Assembly (NCBI RefSeq): GCF_009914755.1
Contig: NC_060943.1
Strand: one strand, 5' to 3'
Length of the DNA: 64,000 nt
Source of the DNA: the human T2T-CHM13v2.0 reference genome, Homo sapiens
In this document: positions 23,401 through 37,000 of the stretch, piece by piece
Layout of the letters: every line of letters starts with the position of its first letter
How positions within the stretch are numbered: the first letter of the stretch is position 1
Made by a program: the position numbers and the translations under genes
Notes under the pieces: model-generated
Databases searched by the model: none
Told to the model about the DNA's origin: nothing
The model's input: only the letters and a program-made list of their open reading frames with translations

Positions 23401-26400
23401 GCATTCAAGTAACTGAGTTGAATCTGCCTTTTGATAGAGCAGAATTGAAACAATCCTTTTGTAGAATCTACTTGTGGATATTTGGAACTCTTTCAGGAAT
23501 TCGTTGGTAGTTGGTATCTTCCCAAAAAAAGGAGACCCAAGCATTCTCAAAAAGTTCTTTGAGATGTGTGCCTTCAACTCACAGACTTCAAACATTCTTT
23601 TGAGAGATCAGTGTTGGAACACGCTTTTTGTAGAATCTGCAAGGGTTCATTTAGTGCGCTTTGTTGCCTATAGTGGAAAAAGAAATATCTTCAAATGAAA
23701 ACTAGACAGAAACATTCTCAGAAACTCCTTTGTGAAGTGTGTGTCAAATTCACAGAATTGAAATTTTCTTATGATAGAGCAGTTTTGAAACACCGCATTT
23801 ATAGGATCTGCTTGTGGATATTTGGAGCTCTTTGAGTATTTCGTTGTAAACGGGATATCTTCACATACAAACTAGACAGAAGCATTCACAGAAACTGCTT
23901 AGTGATGTGTGCATTCAACTCACAGACTTGAACCTTTCTCTTGAAAGAGCAGTGTTGAAACAAACATTTTGTAGGATGTGCAAGTGTTCACTTGGAGCGT
24001 TTTTTTGCCTATGGTGGAAAAAGAAATATCTTCACATAAATACTAGACAGAAGCATTCTCAGAAACTCCTTTTTGATGTGTTTGTTCTATTCAGAGAGTT
24101 GAACCTTTCTTTTGATAGAGCAGTTTTGATACACTGCTTCTGTAGAATCTGCTTGTGGATATTTGGAGCTCTTTGAGGAATTCGTTGTAAACGGGATATC
24201 TTCGCATACAAACTAGACAGCAGCATTCTCAGAAACTGCTTAGTGATGTGTGCATTCAACTCACAGACTTGAACCTTTCTCTTGAAAGAGCAGTGTTGAA
24301 ACACACATTTTGTAGGATGTGCAAGTGTTCACTTGGAGCGTTTTTTTGCCTATGGTGGATAAAGAAATATCTTCACATACAAACTAGACAGAAGCAATCT
24401 CATTTACTGCTTTGTGATGTGTGCATTCAGCTCACAGAGTTGAACCTTCCTTTTGAGAGAGCAGTTTTGAAACAGTTTTTTGTAGTATCCTCAAGTGGAT
24501 ATATGGAGCGATGTGAGGCTTAACATGGAAACGGGAATATCTTCACATAGAAACTAGATAGAAGCATTCTCAGAAACTCCTTTGTGATGGGTGCATTCAA
24601 CACAGAGACTTGAACATTTCTTTAGACGGAGCAGTGTTGAAACACACATTTGTAGAATCTGCAAGTGTTCATTTGGAGCGCTTTGATGCCTATGGTGGAA
24701 AAAGAAATATCTTCACATAAAGACTAGAAAGAAGTGTTCTCCGAAACTCCTTTGTGATATGTGTGTTCAATGCACAGAGATGAACCTTTCTTTTGATTGA
24801 GCAGTTTTGAAACACTGCTTTTCTAGAATCTGCTTGTGGATATTTGGAGCTCTTTGAGGAATTCGCTGTCAATGGGATATCTTCACATACAAACTAGCCA
24901 GAAGCATTCTCAGAAACTGCTTTGTGATGTGTGCATTCAACACACGGAGTTGAACCTTCCTTGTGAGAGAAGAGTTTTCAAACAGTCTTTTTGTAGTACC
25001 TGCAAGTCGATATTTGGAACGATTTGAGGCCTATGAGGGAAAAGGAACTATTTTCACATACAAACTAGACAGAAGCATGCTCAGAAACTGCTTTGTGATG
25101 TGCGCATTCAACTCACAGAGTTGAACCTTCCTTTTGAGAGAGAGGTTTTGAAACAGTCTTTTTGTAGCATATACAAGTGGATATTTTTAGTGATTTGAGG
25201 TCTAATATGGAAAAGGAAATACCTTCACCTACAAACTAGACAGAAGCATTCTCAGAAACTGCTTTGTGATGTGTGCATTAAATGTACAGACTTGAAACCT
25301 TATTTTGATAGAGCAGTGTTGAAACACACTTTTTATAGAATCTGCAAGTGTTCATTTTGAGAGCTTTGTTGCCTGTGGTGGAAAAAGAAATGTGTTCACA
25401 TACAAACTAGAAAGAAGCCTTCTCAGAAACTCCTTTGAGATGTTTGTGTCCAATTCACAAAGTTGAACCTTTCTATTGATACAGCAGATTTGAAACTCTG
25501 CTTTTGTAGAATCTGCTTGTGAATATTTGGAGGTATTTGAGGAATTGGACGTATACGGGATATCTTCACATACAAATTACACAGAAGCATTGTCAGAAAC
25601 TGCTTTGTGCTGTGTGCATTCAACTCACAGAGTTGAAACTTTCTTTTGAGAAAGCAGTTCCGAAACAGTCTTTTTGTAGTATCTGCAAGTGGATATTTGG
25701 AGCGATTTGAGGCCTATGATGGAAAAGGAAATATGTTCACATACAAACTAGACAGAAGCGTTCTCAGAAACTGCTTTGTGATGTGTGCATTCACCTCACA
25801 GAGTGGAACCGTTCTTTGGATAGAGCAGTTTTGAAACAGTCTTTCTCTAGTATCTGCAAGTGTTCATTTTGAGCGCTTTTAGGCCCATGATGGAATAGGA
25901 AATATTTTCACATAAAAAGTAGACAGAAGCTTTCTCAGGAACTTCATTGAGATGTGTGCATTAAAGTAACTGAGTTGAATACGTCTTTTGATAGAGCAGT
26001 ATTGAAACACTTATTTGTAGAATCTGCCTGTGGATATCTGGAACTCTTTGAAGAATTCTTTGGAAACGGCTATCTTCACATAAAAAGTAGACCCAAGCAT
26101 TCTCAGAAAGTTCTTTGTGATATGTACATTGGACTCCCAGACTTGAACATTTCTTTTGATAGAGCAGTGTTGGAACACACTTTTTGTAGAATCTTCATGT
26201 GTTCGTTTGGAGTGCTTTGTTGCCTATGGTGGAAAAAGGAATATCTTCACCTAAAAACCAGACAGAAGCATTCTCCGAGACTGCTTTGTGATGTGTGTGT
26301 TCAATTCGCAGAGTTAAAAGTTCCTTTTGATAGAGCAGTTTTGAAACACTGCTTTTGTAGAATCTGCTTGTTGCTATTGGGGGCTCTTTGAGGAATTTGT

Positions 26401-27255
26401 TGTAAACGGGATATCTTCACATACAAAGTAGACAGAAGCATTCTCAGAAACTGCTTTGTGATGTGTGCATTCCAATCACAGACTTCAACCTTTCTTTTGA
26501 AAGAGCAGTGTTGAAACACACATTTTGTAGCATGTGCAAGTGTTCACTTGGAGCTCTTTTTTGCCTATGGTGGAAAAAGAAATATCTTCACATAAATACT
26601 AGACAGAAGCATTCTCAGAAACTCCTTTGTGATGTGTTTGTTCTATTCAGAGTGTTGAACCTTTATTTTGATAGAGCAGAATTGAAACACTCCTTTTGTA
26701 GAATCTGCTTGTGGATATTTGGAGCTCTTTGAGGAATTCGTTGTAAACGGGATATCTTCACATACAAACTAGACAGCAGCATTCTCAGAAACTGCCTTGT
26801 GGTGTGTGCATTCAACTCACATAGGTGAACCTTCCTTCTGAGAGAGCAGTTTTTAAACAGTCTCTTTGAAATAACTGCAAGTGGATATTTGGAGCGATGG
26901 GAAGTCTAAGATTGAAAAGGAAATATCCTCACATACAAACTAGACAGAAGCAATCTCATTAACTGCTTTGTGATGTGTGCATTCAGCTCACAGAGTTGAA
27001 CCTTCCTTTTGAGAGAGCAGTTTTGAAACAGTTTTTTGTAGTATCCTCAAGTGGATATATGGAGCGATGTGAGGCTTAAGATGGAAACGGGAATATCTTC
27101 ACATACAAACTAGATAGAAGCATTCTCAGAAACTGCTTTGTGATGGGTGCATTCAACTCAGAGACTTGAACATTTCTTTAGACGGAGCAGTTTGAAACAC
27201 ACATTTGTAGAATCTGCAAGAGTTCATTTGGAGCGCTTTGATGCCTATGGTGGAA
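20442..27255 (+). repeat. HOR copy 4 (40-mer, 6814 bp)
   Basis: The ORF offset from 20577 to 27391 is 6814. Majority alleles at the sites I checked. Confidence 0.95.
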
Positions 27256-30200
27256 AAAGAAATATCTTCACATAAGCACTACAAAGAAGCGTTCTCCGAA
27301 ACTCCTTTGTGATATGTGTGTTCAATTCACAGAGTTGAACCTTTCTTTTCATTGAGCAGTTTTGAAAAACTGCTTTTCTAGAATCTGCTTGTGGATATTT
27401 GGAGCTCTTTGAGGAATTCATTGTCAATGGGATATCTTCATATACAAACTAGCCAGAAGCATTCTCAGAAACTGCTTTGTGATGTGTGCATTCAACACAC
27501 GGAGTTGAACCTTCCTTCTGAGAGAACAGTTTTCAAACAGTCTTTTTGTAGTATCTGCAAGTCGCTATTTGGAACGCTATGAGGCCTATGAGGGAAAAGG
27601 AACTATCTTCACATACAAACTAGACAGAAGCATGCTCAGAAACTGCTTTGTGATGTGTGTGTTCAATTCACAGGGTTGACTCTTTCTTTTGATTGAGCAG
27701 TTTTGAACAACCTGTTTTGTAGAATCTGCTTGTGGATATTTGTAGCTCTTGGAAGAATTCATTGTAAAAGGGATATCTTCACATACACACAAGTCAGAAG
27801 CATTCTCAGAAACTTCTTTGTGATTGTGAATTGAACTCACAGAGTTGATCCTTCCTTCTGAGAGAGCCGTTTTGAAACAATCTTTTTGAAGTATCTTCAA
27901 TTGGATACTTGTAGTGATTTGAGGCCTAAGATGGAAAAGGAAATATCTTCACATACAATCTAGATAGAAGCACTCTCAGAAGCTGCTTGGTGATGTCTGC
28001 ATTCAACTCACAGACTTTAACCCTTGTTTTGAAAGAGCAGTGTTGAAACACACATTTTGTAGGATCTGCAAGTGTTCATTTGGAGAGCTTTTGTGCCTAT
28101 GGTGGAAAAAGCAATATCTTCACATAAATACTAGACAGAAGCATTCTCAGAAACTGCTTTGTGATGTGTGCATTCAACTCACAGAGTTGAACCTTCCTTT
28201 TGAGAGAGAGATTTTGAAACAGTCTTTTTGTAGTATCTGCAAGTGGATATTTTTAGTGATTTGAGGTGTAAGATGGAAAAGGAAATACCTTCACCTACAA
28301 ACTAGACAGAAGCATTCTCAGAAACTGCTTGGTGATGTGTGCATTCAACTCACAGAGTTGAAACTTTCTTTTGAGAATGCAGTTTTGAAACAGTCTTCTT
28401 GTAGTATCTGCAAGTGGATATTTGGAGCGATTTGAGGCCTATGATGGAAAAGGAAATATGTTCACATACAAACTAGACAGAAGCGTTCTCAGAAACTGCT
28501 TTGTGATGTGTGCATTCACCTCACAGAGTGGAACCGTTCTTTGGATAGAGCAGTTTTGAAACAGTCTTTCTCTAGTATCTGCAAGTGTTCATTTTGAGCG
28601 CTTTGAGGCCCATGATGGAAAAGTTAATATTTTCACATAAACCTAGACAGAAGCTTTCTCAGGAATTTCATTGAGATGTGTGCATTAAGGTAACTGATTT
28701 GAATACGTCTTTTGATAGAGCAGTATTGAAACACTTCTTTTGTATAATCTGCCTGTGGATATCTGGAACTCTTTGAAGAATTCTTTGGAAACGCTATCTT
28801 CACATAAAAACTAGACCCAAGCATTCTCAGAAAGTTCTTTGTGATATGTACATTGGACTCCCAGACTTGAACCTTTCTTTTGATAGAGCAGTGCTGGAAC
28901 ACACTTTTTGTAGAATCTTCATGTGTTCGTCTGGAGTGCTTTGTTGCCTATGGTAGAAAAAGGAATATCTTCACCTAAAAACAAGACAGAAGCATTCTCA
29001 GAGACTGCTTTGTGATGTGTGTGTTCAATTCGCTGAGTTGAATGTTCCTTTTGATAGAGCAGTTTTGAAACACTGCTTTTGTAGAATCTGCTTGTTGATA
29101 TTGGGGGCTCTATGAGGAATTTGTTGTAAACGGGATATCTTCACATACAAAGTAGACAGAAGCATTCTCAGAAACTGCTCTGTGATGTGTGCATTCAACT
29201 CACAGAGTTGAACCTTCCTTTTGCGAGAGCTGTTTTGAAGCAGTCTTTTTGTGGTATCTGCAATTGGATATTTGGATCGATTTGAGGCCTAAGATGGAAA
29301 AGGAAATATCTCCACATACAAACTAGACAGAAGCATTCTCAGACACTGCGTTGTGATGTGTGCATTCAACTCACAGAGTTGAACCTTCCTTTTGAGAGCA
29401 GTTTTGAAACAGTCTTTTTGAAGTATCTGCAAGTGGATGTTTGGAGAGATTTGAGGCCTAAGATGGAAAAGGATATATCTTCACCTAAAAACTAGGCAGA
29501 AGCATTCTCAGAAACTGCTTTGTGATGTGGGGATTCAACTCACAGGCTTGAAACTTTCTTTTGATACAGCAGGGTTCAAACACACTTTTTGTAGAATCTG
29601 CAAGTGTTCATTTGGAGTGCTTTCTTGCCCATGGTGGAAAAAGAAATATCTTCACCTGAAAACTAGACAGAAACTTTCTCAGAAAATACTTTGTGATGTA
29701 GTTGTTCAATTCACAGGGTTGAACCTTTCTTTAGATAAAGCAGTTTTGAAACACTGCTTTTGTAGAATCTTCTTGTGGATATTTGGAGCTGTTTGAGGAA
29801 TTCGTTTTAAACGGGATATCTTCACATTCAAACTAGTCAGAAGCATCCTCAGAAACTGGTTTGTGATGTGTGCATTCTACTCACAGAGTTGAACCTTCCT
29901 TTTGAGAGAACAGTTTTGAAACAATCTTTTTGTACTATCTGCAAGTGGATATTTGGAACAATGGGAGGACTAAGATGGAAAAGGAAATATCTTCACAGCC
30001 AAACTTGACAGAAGCTTTCTCAGAATCTGCTTTGTGATGTGTGCATTCACCTCACAGAGTGGAACCGTCCTTTTGATAGAGCAGTTCTGAAACAGTCTTT
30101 TTGTAGGATCTGCGAGTGTTCATTTTGGAGAGCTTTTAAGCCTTTGGCGGAAAAGGAAATATCTTCACAGAAAACTAGACAGAGGCATGCTCAGGAACTT

Positions 30201-33200
30201 CATTGAGATGTGTGCATTCAAGTAACTGAGTTGAATCTGCCTTTTGATAGAGCAGAATTGAAACAATCCTTTTGTAGAATCTACTTGTGGATATTTGGAA
30301 CTCTTTCAGGAATTCGTTGGTAGTTGGTATCTTCCCAAAAAAAGGAGACCCAAGCATTCTCAAAAAGTTCTTTGAGATGTGTGCCTTCAACTCACAGACT
30401 TCAAACATTCTTTTGAGAGATCAGTGTTGGAACACGCTTTTTGTAGAATCTGCAAGGGTTCATTTAGTGCGCTTTGTTGCCTATAGTGGAAAAAGAAATA
30501 TCTTCAAATGAAAACTAGACAGAAACATTCTCAGAAACTCCTTTGTGAAGTGTGTGTCAAATTCACAGAATTGAAATTTTCTTATGATAGAGCAGTTTTG
30601 AAACACCGCATTTATAGGATCTGCTTGTGGATATTTGGAGCTCTTTGAGTATTTCGTTGTAAACGGGATATCTTCACATACAAACTAGACAGAAGCATTC
30701 ACAGAAACTGCTTAGTGATGTGTGCATTCAACTCACAGACTTGAACCTTTCTCTTGAAAGAGCAGTGTTGAAACAAACATTTTGTAGGATGTGCAAGTGT
30801 TCACTTGGAGCGTTTTTTTGCCTATGGTGGAAAAAGAAATATCTTCACATAAATACTAGACAGAAGCATTCTCAGAAACTCCTTTTTGATGTGTTTGTTC
30901 TATTCAGAGAGTTGAACCTTTCTTTTGATAGAGCAGTTTTGATACACTGCTTCTGTAGAATCTGCTTGTGGATATTTGGAGCTCTTTGAGGAATTCGTTG
31001 TAAACGGGATATCTTCGCATACAAACTAGACAGCAGCATTCTCAGAAACTGCTTAGTGATGTGTGCATTCAACTCACAGACTTGAACCTTTCTCTTGAAA
31101 GAGCAGTGTTGAAACACACATTTTGTAGGATGTGCAAGTGTTCACTTGGAGCGTTTTTTTGCCTATGGTGGATAAAGAAATATCTTCACATACAAACTAG
31201 ACAGAAGCAATCTCATTTACTGCTTTGTGATGTGTGCATTCAGCTCACAGAGTTGAACCTTCCTTTTGAGAGAGCAGTTTTGAAACAGTTTTTTGTAGTA
31301 TCCTCAAGTGGATATATGGAGCGATGTGAGGCTTAACATGGAAACGGGAATATCTTCACATAGAAACTAGATAGAAGCATTCTCAGAAACTCCTTTGTGA
31401 TGGGTGCATTCAACACAGAGACTTGAACATTTCTTTAGACGGAGCAGTGTTGAAACACACATTTGTAGAATCTGCAAGTGTTCATTTGGAGCGCTTTGAT
31501 GCCTATGGTGGAAAAAGAAATATCTTCACATAAAGACTAGAAAGAAGTGTTCTCCGAAACTCCTTTGTGATATGTGTGTTCAATGCACAGAGATGAACCT
31601 TTCTTTTGATTGAGCAGTTTTGAAACACTGCTTTTCTAGAATCTGCTTGTGGATATTTGGAGCTCTTTGAGGAATTCGCTGTCAATGGGATATCTTCACA
31701 TACAAACTAGCCAGAAGCATTCTCAGAAACTGCTTTGTGATGTGTGCATTCAACACACGGAGTTGAACCTTCCTTGTGAGAGAAGAGTTTTCAAACAGTC
31801 TTTTTGTAGTACCTGCAAGTCGATATTTGGAACGATTTGAGGCCTATGAGGGAAAAGGAACTATTTTCACATACAAACTAGACAGAAGCATGCTCAGAAA
31901 CTGCTTTGTGATGTGCGCATTCAACTCACAGAGTTGAACCTTCCTTTTGAGAGAGAGGTTTTGAAACAGTCTTTTTGTAGCATATACAAGTGGATATTTT
32001 TAGTGATTTGAGGTCTAATATGGAAAAGGAAATACCTTCACCTACAAACTAGACAGAAGCATTCTCAGAAACTGCTTTGTGATGTGTGCATTAAATGTAC
32101 AGACTTGAAACCTTATTTTGATAGAGCAGTGTTGAAACACACTTTTTATAGAATCTGCAAGTGTTCATTTTGAGAGCTTTGTTGCCTGTGGTGGAAAAAG
32201 AAATGTGTTCACATACAAACTAGAAAGAAGCCTTCTCAGAAACTCCTTTGAGATGTTTGTGTCCAATTCACAAAGTTGAACCTTTCTATTGATACAGCAG
32301 ATTTGAAACTCTGCTTTTGTAGAATCTGCTTGTGAATATTTGGAGGTATTTGAGGAATTGGACGTATACGGGATATCTTCACATACAAATTACACAGAAG
32401 CATTGTCAGAAACTGCTTTGTGCTGTGTGCATTCAACTCACAGAGTTGAAACTTTCTTTTGAGAAAGCAGTTCCGAAACAGTCTTTTTGTAGTATCTGCA
32501 AGTGGATATTTGGAGCGATTTGAGGCCTATGATGGAAAAGGAAATATGTTCACATACAAACTAGACAGAAGCGTTCTCAGAAACTGCTTTGTGATGTGTG
32601 CATTCACCTCACAGAGTGGAACCGTTCTTTGGATAGAGCAGTTTTGAAACAGTCTTTCTCTAGTATCTGCAAGTGTTCATTTTGAGCGCTTTTAGGCCCA
32701 TGATGGAATAGGAAATATTTTCACATAAAAAGTAGACAGAAGCTTTCTCAGGAACTTCATTGAGATGTGTGCATTAAAGTAACTGAGTTGAATACGTCTT
32801 TTGATAGAGCAGTATTGAAACACTTATTTGTAGAATCTGCCTGTGGATATCTGGAACTCTTTGAAGAATTCTTTGGAAACGGCTATCTTCACATAAAAAG
32901 TAGACCCAAGCATTCTCAGAAAGTTCTTTGTGATATGTACATTGGACTCCCAGACTTGAACATTTCTTTTGATAGAGCAGTGTTGGAACACACTTTTTGT
33001 AGAATCTTCATGTGTTCGTTTGGAGTGCTTTGTTGCCTATGGTGGAAAAAGGAATATCTTCACCTAAAAACCAGACAGAAGCATTCTCCGAGACTGCTTT
33101 GTGATGTGTGTGTTCAATTCGCAGAGTTAAAAGTTCCTTTTGATAGAGCAGTTTTGAAACACTGCTTTTGTAGAATCTGCTTGTTGCTATTGGGGGCTCT

Positions 33201-34068
33201 TTGAGGAATTTGTTGTAAACGGGATATCTTCACATACAAAGTAGACAGAAGCATTCTCAGAAACTGCTTTGTGATGTGTGCATTCCAATCACAGACTTCA
33301 ACCTTTCTTTTGAAAGAGCAGTGTTGAAACACACATTTTGTAGCATGTGCAAGTGTTCACTTGGAGCTCTTTTTTGCCTATGGTGGAAAAAGAAATATCT
33401 TCACATAAATACTAGACAGAAGCATTCTCAGAAACTCCTTTGTGATGTGTTTGTTCTATTCAGAGTGTTGAACCTTTATTTTGATAGAGCAGAATTGAAA
33501 CACTCCTTTTGTAGAATCTGCTTGTGGATATTTGGAGCTCTTTGAGGAATTCGTTGTAAACGGGATATCTTCACATACAAACTAGACAGCAGCATTCTCA
33601 GAAACTGCCTTGTGGTGTGTGCATTCAACTCACATAGGTGAACCTTCCTTCTGAGAGAGCAGTTTTTAAACAGTCTCTTTGAAATAACTGCAAGTGGATA
33701 TTTGGAGCGATGGGAAGTCTAAGATTGAAAAGGAAATATCCTCACATACAAACTAGACAGAAGCAATCTCATTAACTGCTTTGTGATGTGTGCATTCAGC
33801 TCACAGAGTTGAACCTTCCTTTTGAGAGAGCAGTTTTGAAACAGTTTTTTGTAGTATCCTCAAGTGGATATATGGAGCGATGTGAGGCTTAAGATGGAAA
33901 CGGGAATATCTTCACATACAAACTAGATAGAAGCATTCTCAGAAACTGCTTTGTGATGGGTGCATTCAACTCAGAGACTTGAACATTTCTTTAGACGGAG
34001 CAGTTTGAAACACACATTTGTAGAATCTGCAAGAGTTCATTTGGAGCGCTTTGATGCCTATGGTGGAA
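27256..34068 (+). repeat. HOR copy 5 (40-mer, 6813 bp)
   Basis: Same 1-bp deletion as copy 1 (at 28793), G at 28480 (gacagaagcg) and a private T at 27965 (tagatagaag). Confidence 0.95.
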
Positions 34069-37000
34069 AAAGAAATATCTTCACATAAGCACTACAAAGA
34101 AGCGTTCTCCGAAACTCCTTTGTGATATGTGTGTTCAATTCACAGAGTTGAACCTTTCTTTTCATTGAGCAGTTTTGAAAAACTGCTTTTCTAGAATCTG
34201 CTTGTGGATATTTGGAGCTCTTTGAGGAATTCATTGTCAATGGGATATCTTCATATACAAACTAGCCAGAAGCATTCTCAGAAACTGCTTTGTGATGTGT
34301 GCATTCAACACACGGAGTTGAACCTTCCTTCTGAGAGAACAGTTTTCAAACAGTCTTTTTGTAGTATCTGCAAGTCGCTATTTGGAACGCTATGAGGCCT
34401 ATGAGGGAAAAGGAACTATCTTCACATACAAACTAGACAGAAGCATGCTCAGAAACTGCTTTGTGATGTGTGTGTTCAATTCACAGGGTTGACTCTTTCT
34501 TTTGATTGAGCAGTTTTGAACAACCTGTTTTGTAGAATCTGCTTGTGGATATTTGTAGCTCTTGGAAGAATTCATTGTAAAAGGGATATCTTCACATACA
34601 CACAAGTCAGAAGCATTCTCAGAAACTTCTTTGTGATTGTGAATTGAACTCACAGAGTTGATCCTTCCTTCTGAGAGAGCCGTTTTGAAACAATCTTTTT
34701 GAAGTATCTTCAATTGGATACTTGTAGTGATTTGAGGCCTAAGATGGAAAAGGAAATATCTTCACATACAATCTAGACAGAAGCACTCTCAGAAGCTGCT
34801 TGGTGATGTCTGCATTCAACTCACAGACTTTAACCCTTGTTTTGAAAGAGCAGTGTTGAAACACACATTTTGTAGGATCTGCAAGTGTTCATTTGGAGAG
34901 CTTTTGTGCCTATGGTGGAAAAAGCAATATCTTCACATAAATACTAGACAGAAGCATTCTCAGAAACTGCTTTGTGATGTGTGCATTCAACTCACAGAGT
35001 TGAACCTTCCTTTTGAGAGAGAGATTTTGAAACAGTCTTTTTGTAGTATCTGCAAGTGGATATTTTTAGTGATTTGAGGTGTAAGATGGAAAAGGAAATA
35101 CCTTCACCTACAAACTAGACAGAAGCATTCTCAGAAACTGCTTGGTGATGTGTGCATTCAACTCACAGAGTTGAAACTTTCTTTTGAGAATGCAGTTTTG
35201 AAACAGTCTTCTTGTAGTATCTGCAAGTGGATATTTGGAGCGATTTGAGGCCTATGATGGAAAAGGAAATATGTTCACATACAAACTAGACAGAAGCGTT
35301 CTCAGAAACTGCTTTGTGATGTGTGCATTCACCTCACAGAGTGGAACCGTTCTTTGGATAGAGCAGTTTTGAAACAGTCTTTCTCTAGTATCTGCAAGTG
35401 TTCATTTTGAGCGCTTTGAGGCCCATGATGGAAAAGTTAATATTTTCACATAAACCTAGACAGAAGCTTTCTCAGGAATTTCATTGAGATGTGTGCATTA
35501 AGGTAACTGATTTGAATACGTCTTTTGATAGAGCAGTATTGAAACACTTCTTTTGTATAATCTGCCTGTGGATATCTGGAACTCTTTGAAGAATTCTTTG
35601 GAAACGGCTATCTTCACATAAAAACTAGACCCAAGCATTCTCAGAAAGTTCTTTGTGATATGTACATTGGACTCCCAGACTTGAACCTTTCTTTTGATAG
35701 AGCAGTGCTGGAACACACTTTTTGTAGAATCTTCATGTGTTCGTCTGGAGTGCTTTGTTGCCTATGGTAGAAAAAGGAATATCTTCACCTAAAAACAAGA
35801 CAGAAGCATTCTCAGAGACTGCTTTGTGATGTGTGTGTTCAATTCGCTGAGTTGAATGTTCCTTTTGATAGAGCAGTTTTGAAACACTGCTTTTGTAGAA
35901 TCTGCTTGTTGATATTGGGGGCTCTATGAGGAATTTGTTGTAAACGGGATATCTTCACATACAAAGTAGACAGAAGCATTCTCAGAAACTGCTCTGTGAT
36001 GTGTGCATTCAACTCACAGAGTTGAACCTTCCTTTTGCGAGAGCTGTTTTGAAGCAGTCTTTTTGTGGTATCTGCAATTGGATATTTGGATCGATTTGAG
36101 GCCTAAGATGGAAAAGGAAATATCTCCACATACAAACTAGACAGAAGCATTCTCAGACACTGCGTTGTGATGTGTGCATTCAACTCACAGAGTTGAACCT
36201 TCCTTTTGAGAGCAGTTTTGAAACAGTCTTTTTGAAGTATCTGCAAGTGGATGTTTGGAGAGATTTGAGGCCTAAGATGGAAAAGGATATATCTTCACCT
36301 AAAAACTAGGCAGAAGCATTCTCAGAAACTGCTTTGTGATGTGGGGATTCAACTCACAGGCTTGAAACTTTCTTTTGATACAGCAGGGTTCAAACACACT
36401 TTTTGTAGAATCTGCAAGTGTTCATTTGGAGTGCTTTCTTGCCCATGGTGGAAAAAGAAATATCTTCACCTGAAAACTAGACAGAAACTTTCTCAGAAAA
36501 TACTTTGTGATGTAGTTGTTCAATTCACAGGGTTGAACCTTTCTTTAGATAAAGCAGTTTTGAAACACTGCTTTTGTAGAATCTTCTTGTGGATATTTGG
36601 AGCTGTTTGAGGAATTCGTTTTAAACGGGATATCTTCACATTCAAACTAGTCAGAAGCATCCTCAGAAACTGGTTTGTGATGTGTGCATTCTACTCACAG
36701 AGTTGAACCTTCCTTTTGAGAGAACAGTTTTGAAACAATCTTTTTGTACTATCTGCAAGTGGATATTTGGAACAATGGGAGGACTAAGATGGAAAAGGAA
36801 ATATCTTCACAGCCAAACTTGACAGAAGCTTTCTCAGAATCTGCTTTGTGATGTGTGCATTCACCTCACAGAGTGGAACCGTCCTTTTGATAGAGCAGTT
36901 CTGAAACAGTCTTTTTGTAGGATCTGCGAGTGTTCATTTTGGAGAGCTTTTAAGCCTTTGGCGGAAAAGGAAATATCTTCACAGAAAACTAGACAGAGGC

